DNA of 54,728 nucleotides from Candidatus Thorarchaeota archaeon (GTDB lineage: Archaea > Asgardarchaeota > Thorarchaeia > Thorarchaeales > Thorarchaeaceae), in NCBI GenBank assembly GCA_016933575.1, contig JAFGAR010000163.1:1-54728 (forward strand), read 5' to 3'. Both the position numbers and the translations under genes were made by a program. The notes beneath the pieces are model-generated. The model had not been told where the DNA came from, made no database searches, and saw only the letters and a program-made list of their open reading frames with translations. Shown in pieces: positions 35,390 to 45,641 of the stretch (position 1 is its first letter; every line of letters starts with the position of its first letter).

Positions 35390-35998
35390 TTATTCAGTGT
35401 CTTCCCAACCCTCACGGCAGGACTCGCAAAGATACTCACCATTTTCAAGCACTAAATCAGTTGAGTATTCACCACAGCTATCACATTCGCCTCCATATGT
35501 GATGAGGTCTTCATCATCCTCTACAACTCTATTTTGAGATGTTTCCTCATCTCTCATTCGAAGCGATTCGACGAGAATATCAATAAGCTCTGGAGACCAA
35601 CGAAGTAGGTCTCTTGAGGTGATTATTCCAGCAAGAGAGTTATTCTTCAATACCGCAATACGTCTGATGTTACTCTTTGCCATCACTCGCATAGCATCGG
35701 TCAGCCCTGTTCCTGGTTCAACATGGATGATTGGTGATGACATAATCTCAGAGGCGGTGGTGGTCCTCGGGTCTCTCTCTACTACAATGACTCGTCTTAC
35801 AATGTCTGCCTCGGTGATAATTCCAAGAGGTCTTTCTTCATCAGTGATGATTACTGAGCTAATGTCCATGTCTGCCATTGATCTGGCAACTTCAAGTACT
35901 GATGCATCTGGTGGCATCGTTACAACATTAACAGCCATGATATCTCGTACAAACATCGAATGAGTAGGAGTTGGATCGGACATGAATTTGACCTCCAT
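35390..35998 (-). CDS. CBS-pair protein with C-terminal Zn ribbon
   Basis: Two CBS repeats; GECDSCG...YLCESC. Confidence 0.88.
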   Translation of the reverse strand: MEVKFMSDPTPTHSMFVRDIMAVNVVTMPPDASVLEVARSMADMDISSVIITDEERPLGIITEADIVRRVIVVERDPRTTTASEIMSSPIIHVEPGTGLTDAMRVMAKSNIRRIAVLKNNSLAGIITSRDLLRWSPELIDILVESLRMRDEETSQNRVVEDDEDLITYGGECDSCGEYSTDLVLENGEYLCESCREGWEDTE

Positions 35999-36140
35999 AC
36001 GTCAGAAGTTGGTTCAACACTCAAGATACCAACCGGCAGAGTGTCTTCTCAAGATGGTCTTCCATTACTCCGATTTTAAATGTGTCTGTATCAATCAAAC
36101 CTGAAAATATGCTCCATATACCAGATTTGTAGCAGAACCT

Positions 36141-38165
36141 CTACGAAACATTGATGATTCGGCCCTCTCCTGAAGGCAAAACCCTCATCATATCCTCTTG
36201 AGGGACTTGTTCGATCAGAACGACCTGATCTTCAGGAACCAACTGCTTAAGACGGCTCAAGACATCCTTGACCAATTGTCCCTTCTTGGTCTCTCCAGGA
36301 ATGACTTTTACAAAATAGTCAGTCTGTGATTCAACTGCAGTCGGAGGGCCTGAGATTGGTATTGCATACTCACCATCGATAAGTATACCTACAGATAGTT
36401 CAACTGGTACATTACGTATGTAGTTCTTAGTCCCATAGAGCATCACTGAACCCGCAGGCAGGTATTCTCCAGCTGGCGGAGTGAAGCTTACTTGTTCTGG
36501 ATTCACCCAAAAGGCATCTCCTCCAGTGAGTCCGTCCAGCCAGGCTCGAGAGAATGTTACAGCAAATTGAGCTGCTTCCTTGAGAGTGGTCTCTCCTGGA
36601 GCTTCATCTGGAACTTTAATTACTGTATATGGCGCTCCATGAATTGTTGCATGTAGGAAGATATCGTTTGCACTCATCTGGCGTTTTGCTAAAGTTTCAT
36701 TACTCTTTGCATCCCGCCCTCCTATGACAAGATACCCCTCTGATGAAATGAACCAACGATACTTCTCATACCATTTCTTTGTTCGCTTCTTTATGGCAAC
36801 CTTCTTCGTTTCTGGCTCTGCAATAATAGACTCCAGTTTTGCCAGCTTTGCCTTCGTTTTATCAATCTGGGTCTTGGCTCCATTAATCTTGGACTCGGCT
36901 TTCTTTGCTTGGTCATAGGCTAAGGAAGCATTATCCTGTGCAGTCAGTCTAACATCAAGTATAACATCTGAACCATTCAATTGAACAACGATTTGGCCTT
37001 GCGATGGAATAATCCGCTCTATATGCAGAGCTGTAGAGATTCCTTTCTTCTTGCCTTCTTCTATCCTCTTTATGATATCATCCCAAGGAATACCATCTGT
37101 TCTTGCTTTCGTGATCGTATCCAGTATCTCTTGGGCAATGGTAAAATGAGAATAGATGAGTTCACCCACCTCTCGCATTCTCTCAGCCTTTTCTGCAAGG
37201 CTATGAATACTCTCTTCTTGCTTCTCGATGATTCTTTGCAGGCGTTTCTCTTCTTTCGTCTGTGCATCTTCAAGTTGCTCATCTTCGAGCTCACTCTCTG
37301 ATACTCCAAAGAACTCGTCAACAGCTTCACTAAAAGTATCAAATGTTTGACAAGGTTGTTCTCTGTAAAGTTCGAATCCAAATGGTAAGAACGCAACATA
37401 GTCTGGCTCATCATCATCTTCAGAGGGTTCATTATCAAGCACAACGTTTGCTCCAGACACACCTCTCTTGAGACGCTGAGTGAATTCCAAGTAGCCCTTA
37501 TTGAGATCTGCCAAGGACTGGCTATCTATCTCGGGAACCATGAGCCTTGGTGACACGTTTGCGAGTGCGCATATCTCTTCACAACTATGAGAATCAAGAT
37601 TGAGTCTACTGGCCAATGTCCGTACAATATTTGCATTGGATCCCTCTAGTAGAGAATCCAGTGACTCTTCAGAGATATTGAATATATCTTCGCCGCGTTG
37701 AGGTGGAAATTCATACACAGCCTTTGGAATAATATCCCTGTCACGCATCTTCTTGTAGTGCATAGCGATGAATATGGTGTCCTTGGGATCAAGAAGTAAC
37801 AGATTTCCAGACCCAAACATCTCTGCTACAAGCTTATAGGTCTCATTATCATCACCGACTTCAATTATTACAATTCTATCAAGATCGTGTTGTTTGATTG
37901 AAATGACACGTTTCTCTCTGAGATATTTTCTTAGAACAGTACAGAAATGCGGTGGTTGCCGTGGTGCTTTTCGAGCATATTCTGTCAGATGAATCCGTGT
38001 CCCTAGTTGGATTAGTAACTGAGCGGTTCCACCACCAGGTTGGTACAATTTGAGTACGAAGATCGAACCATATTGATATACATTCTTAATGAAGGCTCCT
38101 TCTCCAACTTCACGTAGTTCGGGCAGAATTAAGCGAATGTCAGTGTTGCTCATCGAGTCCTTCAT
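36141..38165 (-). CDS. rqcH: Ribosome quality-control factor Rqc2/NEMF (RqcH)
   Basis: F...LRKYL, DRI, E.FG.GN..L, KWYEKYRWF.SS.G.LVIGGRDA..NE, FLHA..HGAP. Start ATG 38165 (ORF track has 38174). Confidence 0.92.
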   Translation of the reverse strand: MKDSMSNTDIRLILPELREVGEGAFIKNVYQYGSIFVLKLYQPGGGTAQLLIQLGTRIHLTEYARKAPRQPPHFCTVLRKYLREKRVISIKQHDLDRIVIIEVGDDNETYKLVAEMFGSGNLLLLDPKDTIFIAMHYKKMRDRDIIPKAVYEFPPQRGEDIFNISEESLDSLLEGSNANIVRTLASRLNLDSHSCEEICALANVSPRLMVPEIDSQSLADLNKGYLEFTQRLKRGVSGANVVLDNEPSEDDDEPDYVAFLPFGFELYREQPCQTFDTFSEAVDEFFGVSESELEDEQLEDAQTKEEKRLQRIIEKQEESIHSLAEKAERMREVGELIYSHFTIAQEILDTITKARTDGIPWDDIIKRIEEGKKKGISTALHIERIIPSQGQIVVQLNGSDVILDVRLTAQDNASLAYDQAKKAESKINGAKTQIDKTKAKLAKLESIIAEPETKKVAIKKRTKKWYEKYRWFISSEGYLVIGGRDAKSNETLAKRQMSANDIFLHATIHGAPYTVIKVPDEAPGETTLKEAAQFAVTFSRAWLDGLTGGDAFWVNPEQVSFTPPAGEYLPAGSVMLYGTKNYIRNVPVELSVGILIDGEYAIPISGPPTAVESQTDYFVKVIPGETKKGQLVKDVLSRLKQLVPEDQVVLIEQVPQEDMMRVLPSGEGRIINVS

Positions 38166-38237
38166 TTTTCTCACTCTGTCTTCAGACCGACATGATTATA
38201 ACATAGTCGATTGAACCACCATCAACTGGACCGGTGA

Positions 38238-38594
38238 GTGACAATGGCTATGACCCCACTAAAGAAATTCTTCAATCGACTTTTTGGAAGATGGGCAAAC
38301 TCGCCAAACGACCAACAATACTATGTCAAGATGCTTTTTGCACTCATTAGTGGCTTAATCTGTGGTCTTGGTGGTCAGTTCTTTGCTGGTACTAGAGGTG
38401 TTATGCTCGGTTTTCTAATATACATCCTGACCCTCTTCGTCATTCGCTACCTTCTAGATGTAGAGCCCAAGAAACTTGGAGGTATGCAGAAGCTGATCAC
38501 AAACAGTCTATTCTCCTATCTGATGCTCTGGGTTGTCCTGTGGACCCTCCTCTATGCATTTAGCATTCCTCCAGACATTCTCGCTACATTGTAG
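38238..38594 (+). CDS. EMC6/Rab5ip-like 3-TM protein
   Basis: YYVK...ALISG..CG....G..G, and C-terminal LFSYLMLWVVLWTLLY, which resembles EMC6 LFTYVLFWTFLY. Confidence 0.65.
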   Translation: MTMAMTPLKKFFNRLFGRWANSPNDQQYYVKMLFALISGLICGLGGQFFAGTRGVMLGFLIYILTLFVIRYLLDVEPKKLGGMQKLITNSLFSYLMLWVVLWTLLYAFSIPPDILATL

Positions 38595-38727
38595 AATACT
38601 GAAATTGTGAGAATCTCAGGTTTCTCCAGAGTTTTATACCATAACATATGAAAATATTGTAATCTTCACTCGATTTTAACACGTCTGGCATTGAAATCAA
38701 ATCAAAATCGCGACCTAAACACAGCGC

Positions 38728-39216
38728 CTAGAATATGGCTATAATCTGAATGAGCAAGTACGCTCCCAGAATAATAGGAATGAGGGGGATAGGCTTCTCT
38801 ATCTTGCTTTGATTATAAAATCTTGAATATACATACGCTATCAGAAGAACGCTTGATAGGATAATTCCTGATATCACAACTCCTTCCAGTATTGGATCAT
38901 TCCATTTCCCAAATTCCAATCCTGGACTCACAATTGCCATTGTAATGACAGATTTTGCGTCAGCTCCACCAAAGGAACCTATTCTGAAAAGGGTATACCC
39001 AAAAAGAATCATGATGGTACCAGCTGTCAGATGTAGGATTATGCGTTCAAACAAATGTCCTGAAGTCAATACGACAACAAATCCAATGACAGCCCCAGCA
39101 ATCATGACACGATTAGATACCCGTCGATTACGGATGTCGAGAATACTATAGATGAGTAACAAGCTGGTTAGTACCACAAAGGAAATGATTGAGGAACCAG
39201 TTATCTCAAATGCCAT
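38728..39216 (-). CDS. Prepilin/preflagellin peptidase (A24)
   Basis: YSILDIRNRRVSN, FGGADAK (GxGD-like), IPLIP.I. Confidence 0.85.
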   Translation of the reverse strand: MAFEITGSSIISFVVLTSLLLIYSILDIRNRRVSNRVMIAGAVIGFVVVLTSGHLFERIILHLTAGTIMILFGYTLFRIGSFGGADAKSVITMAIVSPGLEFGKWNDPILEGVVISGIILSSVLLIAYVYSRFYNQSKIEKPIPLIPIILGAYLLIQIIAIF

Positions 39217-39366
39217 CGATAGGCCAACTCCACTCTCTTATTGTGTATTCGCCCGTATATAGTCCCCGTGGTTGAACAGTAACACAGATTAATGACTCAC
39301 TAGCCTCTCGACCATGTCTGGGAAGTCTAATGATTTCCTATAAACCACTGTTCAGAAGCTGATCGG

Positions 39367-40254
39367 ATGAAAGATCCTTACCAAGTTATGCACGATACAA
39401 CTGTTCGTCTACTCACCAAGGCTGCTACAATTCTTCCTAAAGATGTGAAGGAAGCTCTGAAAGCAGCCCATGCACGTGAAACGAACGAAACCGCAAAGAC
39501 CCAGCTCTCAGCAATACTCACGAATATTGACATTGCTGAAACTGGTGTACCAATGTGCCAAGACACGGGAATCATGATTTTCTATGTCAAGGTTGGAAAC
39601 AAATTCCCCTTCATAGGTGAGATAAAGAATGCACTCACGGAGGCTACTAGAAAAGCGACAGCTGAGGTTCCATTGCGGCCCAATGCTGTGAATCCTATTG
39701 TTGGCGGAAATTCCGGTGATAATACTGGTGTCAAGATACCCTGGATAAATTGGGAGATTGTTGACAGTGACTCTCTTGAGATTACCGCATTTCCTAAGGG
39801 TGGCGGCAGTGAAAATGTCTGTATTGTTGGAATGCTTAAGCCCGGAGTTGGCCTCACTGGTGTTAAGAAACTGGTTGTGGATAATGCGATAAGCTACATG
39901 GGGGCGGCATGTGCACCAAATATCATTGGCGTTGGAATTGGCGGTGGCTCCGATATTGCCATCAAGATTGCAAAACAGCAACTTCTGCGTCCTCTTAATG
40001 ACAAACATCCTGAACCTGAGGTTGCACAGATAGAGAAGGAAATCATGGAAGCAATCAATACAACTGGAATCGGACCAATGGGTCTTGGTGGTGATACAAC
40101 TGTCCTCGGTGTTAAAGTCGACTACGCAATGAGGCATCCTGCAAGTCTACCTGTTGGAGTTGCTGTACAATGCTGGGCAGCGCGACACAGTAAGGCCATC
40201 ATCTCAAAGGATCTCGATGTTACATATGTGACTCATCCACTGGAGGGAAACTAA
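39367..40254 (+). CDS. Fe-S class I fumarate hydratase, alpha subunit
   Basis: PMCQDTG, PLRPN, KGGGSEN, AC.P...GVGIGG, GPMGLGG, QCWA.R. Confidence 0.92.
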   Translation: MKDPYQVMHDTTVRLLTKAATILPKDVKEALKAAHARETNETAKTQLSAILTNIDIAETGVPMCQDTGIMIFYVKVGNKFPFIGEIKNALTEATRKATAEVPLRPNAVNPIVGGNSGDNTGVKIPWINWEIVDSDSLEITAFPKGGGSENVCIVGMLKPGVGLTGVKKLVVDNAISYMGAACAPNIIGVGIGGGSDIAIKIAKQQLLRPLNDKHPEPEVAQIEKEIMEAINTTGIGPMGLGGDTTVLGVKVDYAMRHPASLPVGVAVQCWAARHSKAIISKDLDVTYVTHPLEGN

Positions 40255-40255
40255 A

Positions 40256-40864
40256 GTGGTAGAATATCATCTTAATACACCAATATCTGAAGAAGATGCA
40301 AGAAAACTAAAGGTTGGTGACATTGTCTATGTCACTGGAGAACACGTCTACACTGCTAGGGATGAGGCTCACGAACGAGCTCTGAAGATGTTTGAAAAGG
40401 GTGAGAAACCCCCTGTTGACTTTGAAGGAAGTGTTGTTTACCACGTTGGTCCAGTCGCATGGCAAAAGAATGGTAAATGGATAATTGTTTCTGCAGGTCC
40501 TACAACCAGTGGTAGAATGGAGCTCTTTGAGGATGAATTCTTACGGAAGTATAAGGCACGAATCATCGTTGGCAAAGGCGGTATGGGTAAGAAGACACTT
40601 GGTGCACTGAAGGAAGTAGGTGCTGTCTATACTAGTTATACAGGCGGCTGTGGGGCACTTGCTGCAAAAGGCTTGAAGGAAGTCAGAAGCTACGAATGGC
40701 AAGATTTAGGGATGCCTGAAGCTCTCTGGGTCATCACAGCTGAGGAGTTTGGTCCTCTCCTAGTAACCATGGATTCGCATGGAAATAGTATGCATGAAGA
40801 TATGAACAAACTCATAGCAGATCGCAAGTCTGAGGTCTACTCAAAGATTGGCATCAAAATGTGA
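40256..40864 (+). CDS. Fe-S class I fumarate hydratase, beta subunit
   Basis: L..GD.V, TARD.AH.R, GPTTS.RM, GKGG, LGMPEA.W, D.HGN. Confidence 0.92.
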   Translation: MVEYHLNTPISEEDARKLKVGDIVYVTGEHVYTARDEAHERALKMFEKGEKPPVDFEGSVVYHVGPVAWQKNGKWIIVSAGPTTSGRMELFEDEFLRKYKARIIVGKGGMGKKTLGALKEVGAVYTSYTGGCGALAAKGLKEVRSYEWQDLGMPEALWVITAEEFGPLLVTMDSHGNSMHEDMNKLIADRKSEVYSKIGIKM

Positions 40865-40900
40865 TTGTCCATGGGGCCTTATTTGGCCCCAACCAATCAC
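40861..40900 (+). terminator. Two-part hairpin after the fumarate hydratase genes
   Basis: GTGATTG..TGGGGCC-ttattt-GGCCCCA..CAATCAC, with a T-tract at about 40910-40922. Confidence 0.6.
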
Positions 40901-41032
40901 TTAGAATCACTTTTTCTATTTCATAGCATCTCACTTTATCGACCTACAATAGACCCTCAACAGTAACTCTTAAACGGAAGACGAAAGCTCGAACCGTTCA
41001 CCAATGGAGAGCTCTCTACTGGAGGTCCTTAG

Positions 41033-42721
41033 TTGGATTACAAGACAATAATGTGTGATGTCCTCGTTGTTGGCGCAGGTGGAGCTGGGTGCCGTGCTGC
41101 AATAGAGGCTGCAAAACACAATCTAGATGTTATTATGCTCAGCAAAGAGCTCCTCGGCAAGGCACATACTGCAATGGCTGAGGGTGGATACAATGTCTCC
41201 TTAGGCAATGTTGACCCAGACGACAATCCAGAAACTCACTTCAAGGACACTATTGTTGGAGGAAATTACCTCAACAATCAGAAATTAGCCGAGATTCTCG
41301 TCAACGAGGCTCCCCAGCGAGTCTTTGATCTTGAAGACATGGGTGCTGTCTTTGATAGAACTCCTGAAGGTAAGATTGCCCAAAGGCCATTTGGAAAACA
41401 GAGCTGGCGAAGGACTGCCTATGCCTCTGATAGAACTGGGTCAGAGATAATGGTCACATTAACGGAGGCTATCCGAAAGACTTCTGTGAGAGTTTTCGAT
41501 GAGGTCTTTGCAACCAAGCTTCTGGTCACAAATGGAACAATCTCGGGAGTCTGTGCTGTTGACTTGAAGTACGGTGATTATCTGGTTTTCAGAGCGAAAT
41601 CTGTTGTCATGGCTACTGGTGGGGCAGGTCGTATCTTCAAGGTCACTAGTAATGCACAGTTGGATGTAGGTGATGGTTATGGTATGGCCTATGAAGCAGG
41701 TTGTGAAATGATTGACATGGAGATGATTCAGTTTCATCCTACAGGCATGGTCAAGCCTGAATCTGCAAAGGGCCGACTTGTCACAGAGGCTGTGCGTGGA
41801 GAGGGTGGAATTCTTCTTAACAATAAAGGTGAGCGCTTTATGAACCGCTACTATCCTGAAGTGATGGAACTTGCAGGTCGTGACCAGGTTGCTAGATCAA
41901 TAATGACTGAGGTCTTAGAAGGAAGAGGGTCTCCAGATGGCGGAGTGTATCTAAGTATCGCACACTTGCCCAAGTCTATTGTTGAATTCCGTCTTGAGAG
42001 CATGATCGAGCAGTTCGAAGATGCTGGTATTGATATCCGCGATGAACCCATGCAGGTCTCTCCCACAGCTCATCACTTTATGGGTGGAATCCGTATAGAT
42101 GAGACCGCAGCCACATCTATTCCTGGACTCTTCGCTTCTGGTGAATGCACTGGAGGTGTCCATGGAGGAAATAGGCTTGGAGGCAATGCTCTAGCAGACA
42201 CTCAGGTATTTGGTGCAATCTCTGGAGAGAGTGCTGCTAAATTTGCTAAGAACAAGAAGCATCTCGGAGTAAACCGTGAAGAAATCAACAATGAGTTTGA
42301 ACGTCTTGAGGCGATGCTCAATAGAAAGGAAGGAATCTCTCCATCCGATGCAAGAGGCGAGCTAACAGAGCTCATGTGGGAAAAGGTACAGATCTTCCGA
42401 AAGGAGGATGACATGCAATATGCTGTCAAAGAGCTCCGTCGTATTGAGAAAGAGGTTGTACCGAATATCAAGGTTGATGTACCTGTAAAGAGGTTCAATC
42501 CTGGGTGGCACCAAGCTATGGAGTTTGTCCATATGGTCACTACCGCAAGGATGGTGGCAGAAACTGCAGTCATACGAAAGGGAAGTAGGGGTGCACACTA
42601 TCGCATTGATGCTGACCCAGCAGACAAAGGTTACTACAATATTGTAATCCGTAAGGGCAAGAATGGTGAGATGGAATTGCAGAAAGAAAATCTCCTAATT
42701 ACCAAGATTACTCCACCATAA
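41033..42721 (+). CDS. tfrA: Thiol:fumarate reductase flavoprotein subunit
   Basis: GAGGAG FAD motif, QFHPTG, TEAVRGEG, HHFMGG, HGGNRLGGNAL. MAEGG replaces the covalent-FAD His motif. Paired with a CCG-domain subunit B. Confidence 0.85.
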   Translation: MDYKTIMCDVLVVGAGGAGCRAAIEAAKHNLDVIMLSKELLGKAHTAMAEGGYNVSLGNVDPDDNPETHFKDTIVGGNYLNNQKLAEILVNEAPQRVFDLEDMGAVFDRTPEGKIAQRPFGKQSWRRTAYASDRTGSEIMVTLTEAIRKTSVRVFDEVFATKLLVTNGTISGVCAVDLKYGDYLVFRAKSVVMATGGAGRIFKVTSNAQLDVGDGYGMAYEAGCEMIDMEMIQFHPTGMVKPESAKGRLVTEAVRGEGGILLNNKGERFMNRYYPEVMELAGRDQVARSIMTEVLEGRGSPDGGVYLSIAHLPKSIVEFRLESMIEQFEDAGIDIRDEPMQVSPTAHHFMGGIRIDETAATSIPGLFASGECTGGVHGGNRLGGNALADTQVFGAISGESAAKFAKNKKHLGVNREEINNEFERLEAMLNRKEGISPSDARGELTELMWEKVQIFRKEDDMQYAVKELRRIEKEVVPNIKVDVPVKRFNPGWHQAMEFVHMVTTARMVAETAVIRKGSRGAHYRIDADPADKGYYNIVIRKGKNGEMELQKENLLITKITPP

Positions 42722-42734
42722 GGAGGTTCACAAG

Positions 42735-44294
42735 ATGACAAAGATGATCAAAACAAGTGTGCTCAGATACAACCCTGACCAAGACGATGAGCCCTATTTT
42801 CAAGATTTCGATGTAGAATATGAGCCTGGCATGACAGTCCTTGACGCACTATTATATATCCAAGACAAATATGACTCGAGTCTCGCATTCCGTTGGGAGT
42901 GCAGAGGTGGTCAGTGTGGGTCTTGTGCTGTACGAGTGAACAAGACTGCACGGATTGCATGTCGGACAAAAGTTGAACCTGATAAGGCAATGGTTCTCGA
43001 ACCTTTAGAAAAAATGCCGGTCATCAAGGACCTCGTGACAGATATGTCCCAGGTGACTTATCGTCTTCGTAGAATCCGCCCATACGTTGCACGCGACAAA
43101 CCAGTCCAACATCCCGAGATTATTCATGCTGAAGAGATTGAGAAGCTTCGCGAGATTCGTAAATGCATCGAGTGTAGTGCCTGTATATCCAATTGCCCTA
43201 TTGTTCATGAAACATGGGACTATCCCGGTCCGATGATTATTCGTCAACTGGCACGTCTTGAGCTTGATCCAAGAGATGTTGAAGATCGTGTCGCTATGGC
43301 AATGAATGAAATGGTCTATAGTTGTACAACATGTAAGATGTGTGAGGACATCTGCCCGAAGAATATCAAGATACCTTCACTTGCGGTTGAGTTACTGCGA
43401 GCAAAGGCAGTCGAAGCCGGGTATACTCTAGCTGAAGGTCAGCAAGCCTTCATAGACTCTGTTAATAAGACCGGTCGGGCAGTTCCCGAGAAGGACACTC
43501 CTCTTCTTCACAATCTCGGAACTGAGGAGTTCTTAGTGGATAATCCACGAGGTCGTGTTGGATTCTTCACAGGTTGTCTGATTGATTATAGGATGCAGAG
43601 TACGGGCAAGGCTTTGATTGATGTTTTGAACCGGAACGGTATCGATGTAATCGTACCAAAAGAACAATGGTGTTGTGCCAGTCCTGCGTTTAGAACTGGT
43701 GACTTGAATACAGCTCATGCAGCAGCTCGTAGAGTCACAGAGATCTTTGAAACTGCAGGAGAGAAATACAACTTTGATACTGTAGTCGTTGCTTGCGCAG
43801 GTTGTGGCAAGACCCTTCGGGAGGACCACTATCCCTTCATCGAAGAGGAACGCGGTGAACCACCCAAGTTCAAAGTCTATGATATGGCAGAGTACATGCT
43901 TGATGTCATAGGAAAGGAGAATATTGTACCACCAAAGGGTGAAATCGATTTGAAGATCACCTATCACGAGCCTTGCCATCTGGGAAGGGGTCAGGGTGTA
44001 GTAGATCAACCAATCGAGCTTCTGAAAATGATACCCGGTGTTGAGTATATTGATGATCCAATGAAGAACAGGTGTTGTGGCGCAGGTGGCGGTCTCAGGG
44101 CGGGGCAAAGAGAACTCTCTCAAAAGATTGCTCTCACGAAAAAGGAGTACATCGAAGCCACAGGTGCCGATATGGTCACTACTGAATGTCCTTTCTGTAC
44201 CATTCAATTGAATGATATGATGAAGGATACTCAAATGAAAGTTCGATACATCCCTGATCTTCTAGCCGAGTCTTATAGAAAAGGCGATGAATAG
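42735..44294 (+). CDS. tfrB: Thiol:fumarate reductase Fe-S subunit (SdhB-like plus HdrD-like CCG domains)
   Basis: CRGGQCGSC 2Fe-2S, two CxxCxxCxxxCP motifs, QWCCA and RCCGAGGG CCG domains, YHEPCH. Confidence 0.87.
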   Translation: MTKMIKTSVLRYNPDQDDEPYFQDFDVEYEPGMTVLDALLYIQDKYDSSLAFRWECRGGQCGSCAVRVNKTARIACRTKVEPDKAMVLEPLEKMPVIKDLVTDMSQVTYRLRRIRPYVARDKPVQHPEIIHAEEIEKLREIRKCIECSACISNCPIVHETWDYPGPMIIRQLARLELDPRDVEDRVAMAMNEMVYSCTTCKMCEDICPKNIKIPSLAVELLRAKAVEAGYTLAEGQQAFIDSVNKTGRAVPEKDTPLLHNLGTEEFLVDNPRGRVGFFTGCLIDYRMQSTGKALIDVLNRNGIDVIVPKEQWCCASPAFRTGDLNTAHAAARRVTEIFETAGEKYNFDTVVVACAGCGKTLREDHYPFIEEERGEPPKFKVYDMAEYMLDVIGKENIVPPKGEIDLKITYHEPCHLGRGQGVVDQPIELLKMIPGVEYIDDPMKNRCCGAGGGLRAGQRELSQKIALTKKEYIEATGADMVTTECPFCTIQLNDMMKDTQMKVRYIPDLLAESYRKGDE

Positions 44295-44311
44295 AATTCA
44301 TCAAAAAACTT

Positions 44312-44343
44312 GAGAGGGGGTATCCTCTCTTTTCTTTCTTTTT
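44312..44343 (+). terminator. Hairpin plus long T-tract after tfrB
   Basis: GAGAGGG-ggta-TCCTCTC (44312-44329) followed by TTTTCTTTCTTTTT. Confidence 0.6.
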
Positions 44344-45622
44344 AGGGTCCTTTTAGTTGTTCTCTAAGATATCTGTGCACTTGTAATGCCGCAAGGGATT
44401 CTGGTATTAGGTTGTTATCGACAAGTCCCCAGACCGCTTGAGTAAAGATAGATGGATGAGAAGTCTCCATATTTCCATAACCTCCAGCCAGAAAATACTG
44501 TAAGGTACGTATATGTGACCAATCCCGATCTTGTGAATCCAAAATTATCCTTTCAAATGATGATGCCTTTTGCTCAGTCATAGAACTCCAGAGGTCTTCA
44601 TGCTCTCTCGAAATCCACTCTTGGATATCCTTTGTATGCGGAAGACTGATTTCTGTAGGTATATTATCCCAGTTTGTACCTTCATTCTGATTAATTATGA
44701 ACTCTGTATTGAGTTTTTCTAACTCTAGCAGTTCTGTGCCAATATTACGTGTGAGTTTCTCCATGAGCCACGTAATTGTTTCTGCATTGACAAGACCAAG
44801 CCGAGCTGCCTCGGATATCCTATGTGCAAAGATAGCATTATGTCCTAATGTACCGTACCTTACTACTGCATTCATGTAGAGTTCCCTATGCGCTGATACA
44901 TCCGTAGGTCTTGCGTACTTACCAATTTTCTCGTCCATACTAAATTCTAGACCCGCTTTTGAAGGGACCTTTCTGATCATGTATTCTGTCAGATGCCATA
45001 ATGATGCAATGTGCGGGCGAGTATATACCACTGGAGGCAACTCCTGAATCAGAGATATTGGCATTATGAATGCATGACCTAGTCTATCTGGTTCCTCAGA
45101 AGCTACTGATGCAGTTGCCCTTACAAGCATTGGAGAATCCTTCTTGGCCCCAAGAACAGCTGCCGCTTTCAGAGCACTCATCTGACTCTTCTCTCTGATT
45201 GATTGAATATATACCTGAACAGCATTTCCCTTGGAATCCAGTCTGGTCTCAATATCATATCTTGGTCCCTGTTCTGGCTTCCAGTGATCTGTATCTGCAA
45301 GGTAGTATGCTAAACGTTCTACTAATAACTCCTGTAGACTGATTTGAACCTCAGTATCCATGGTGATGACGGGCTTAGCTAGAGCAGAATCATCTACAAG
45401 AGATCTATGTTCTCCAAGACTCTCTATCATTCTATGGACTGTATATACCATAATTGTTGAATGTGGCGTATCGTACGAACGCTCTTCATGCCAAGCTGCA
45501 GCATGCATCATGACTGCCCATAGAGCTGACGGGCGAACAGTAGGTAGCATTGTTCTCACTGCTTTGACAGCAGCTCTTCCATTTGCATGTAAGCAGGCTT
45601 CTACAAGATCCATGTGAGTCAA
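44342..45622 (-). CDS. Hypothetical helical protein with four H-x-x-I motifs
   Basis: 426-aa ORF containing PHSTIM, GHAFIM, GHNAIF and SHPSIF. Confidence 0.7.
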   Translation of the reverse strand: MTHMDLVEACLHANGRAAVKAVRTMLPTVRPSALWAVMMHAAAWHEERSYDTPHSTIMVYTVHRMIESLGEHRSLVDDSALAKPVITMDTEVQISLQELLVERLAYYLADTDHWKPEQGPRYDIETRLDSKGNAVQVYIQSIREKSQMSALKAAAVLGAKKDSPMLVRATASVASEEPDRLGHAFIMPISLIQELPPVVYTRPHIASLWHLTEYMIRKVPSKAGLEFSMDEKIGKYARPTDVSAHRELYMNAVVRYGTLGHNAIFAHRISEAARLGLVNAETITWLMEKLTRNIGTELLELEKLNTEFIINQNEGTNWDNIPTEISLPHTKDIQEWISREHEDLWSSMTEQKASSFERIILDSQDRDWSHIRTLQYFLAGGYGNMETSHPSIFTQAVWGLVDNNLIPESLAALQVHRYLREQLKGP

Positions 45623-45641
45623 TCACCTGAGAGTAGTACTG

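Noticed and set aside
39508-44234. Long minus-strand ORFs (39508-40137, 43533-44234 and others)
   Set aside because: Antisense shadows of the fumarate hydratase and tfrAB genes, with no motifs.
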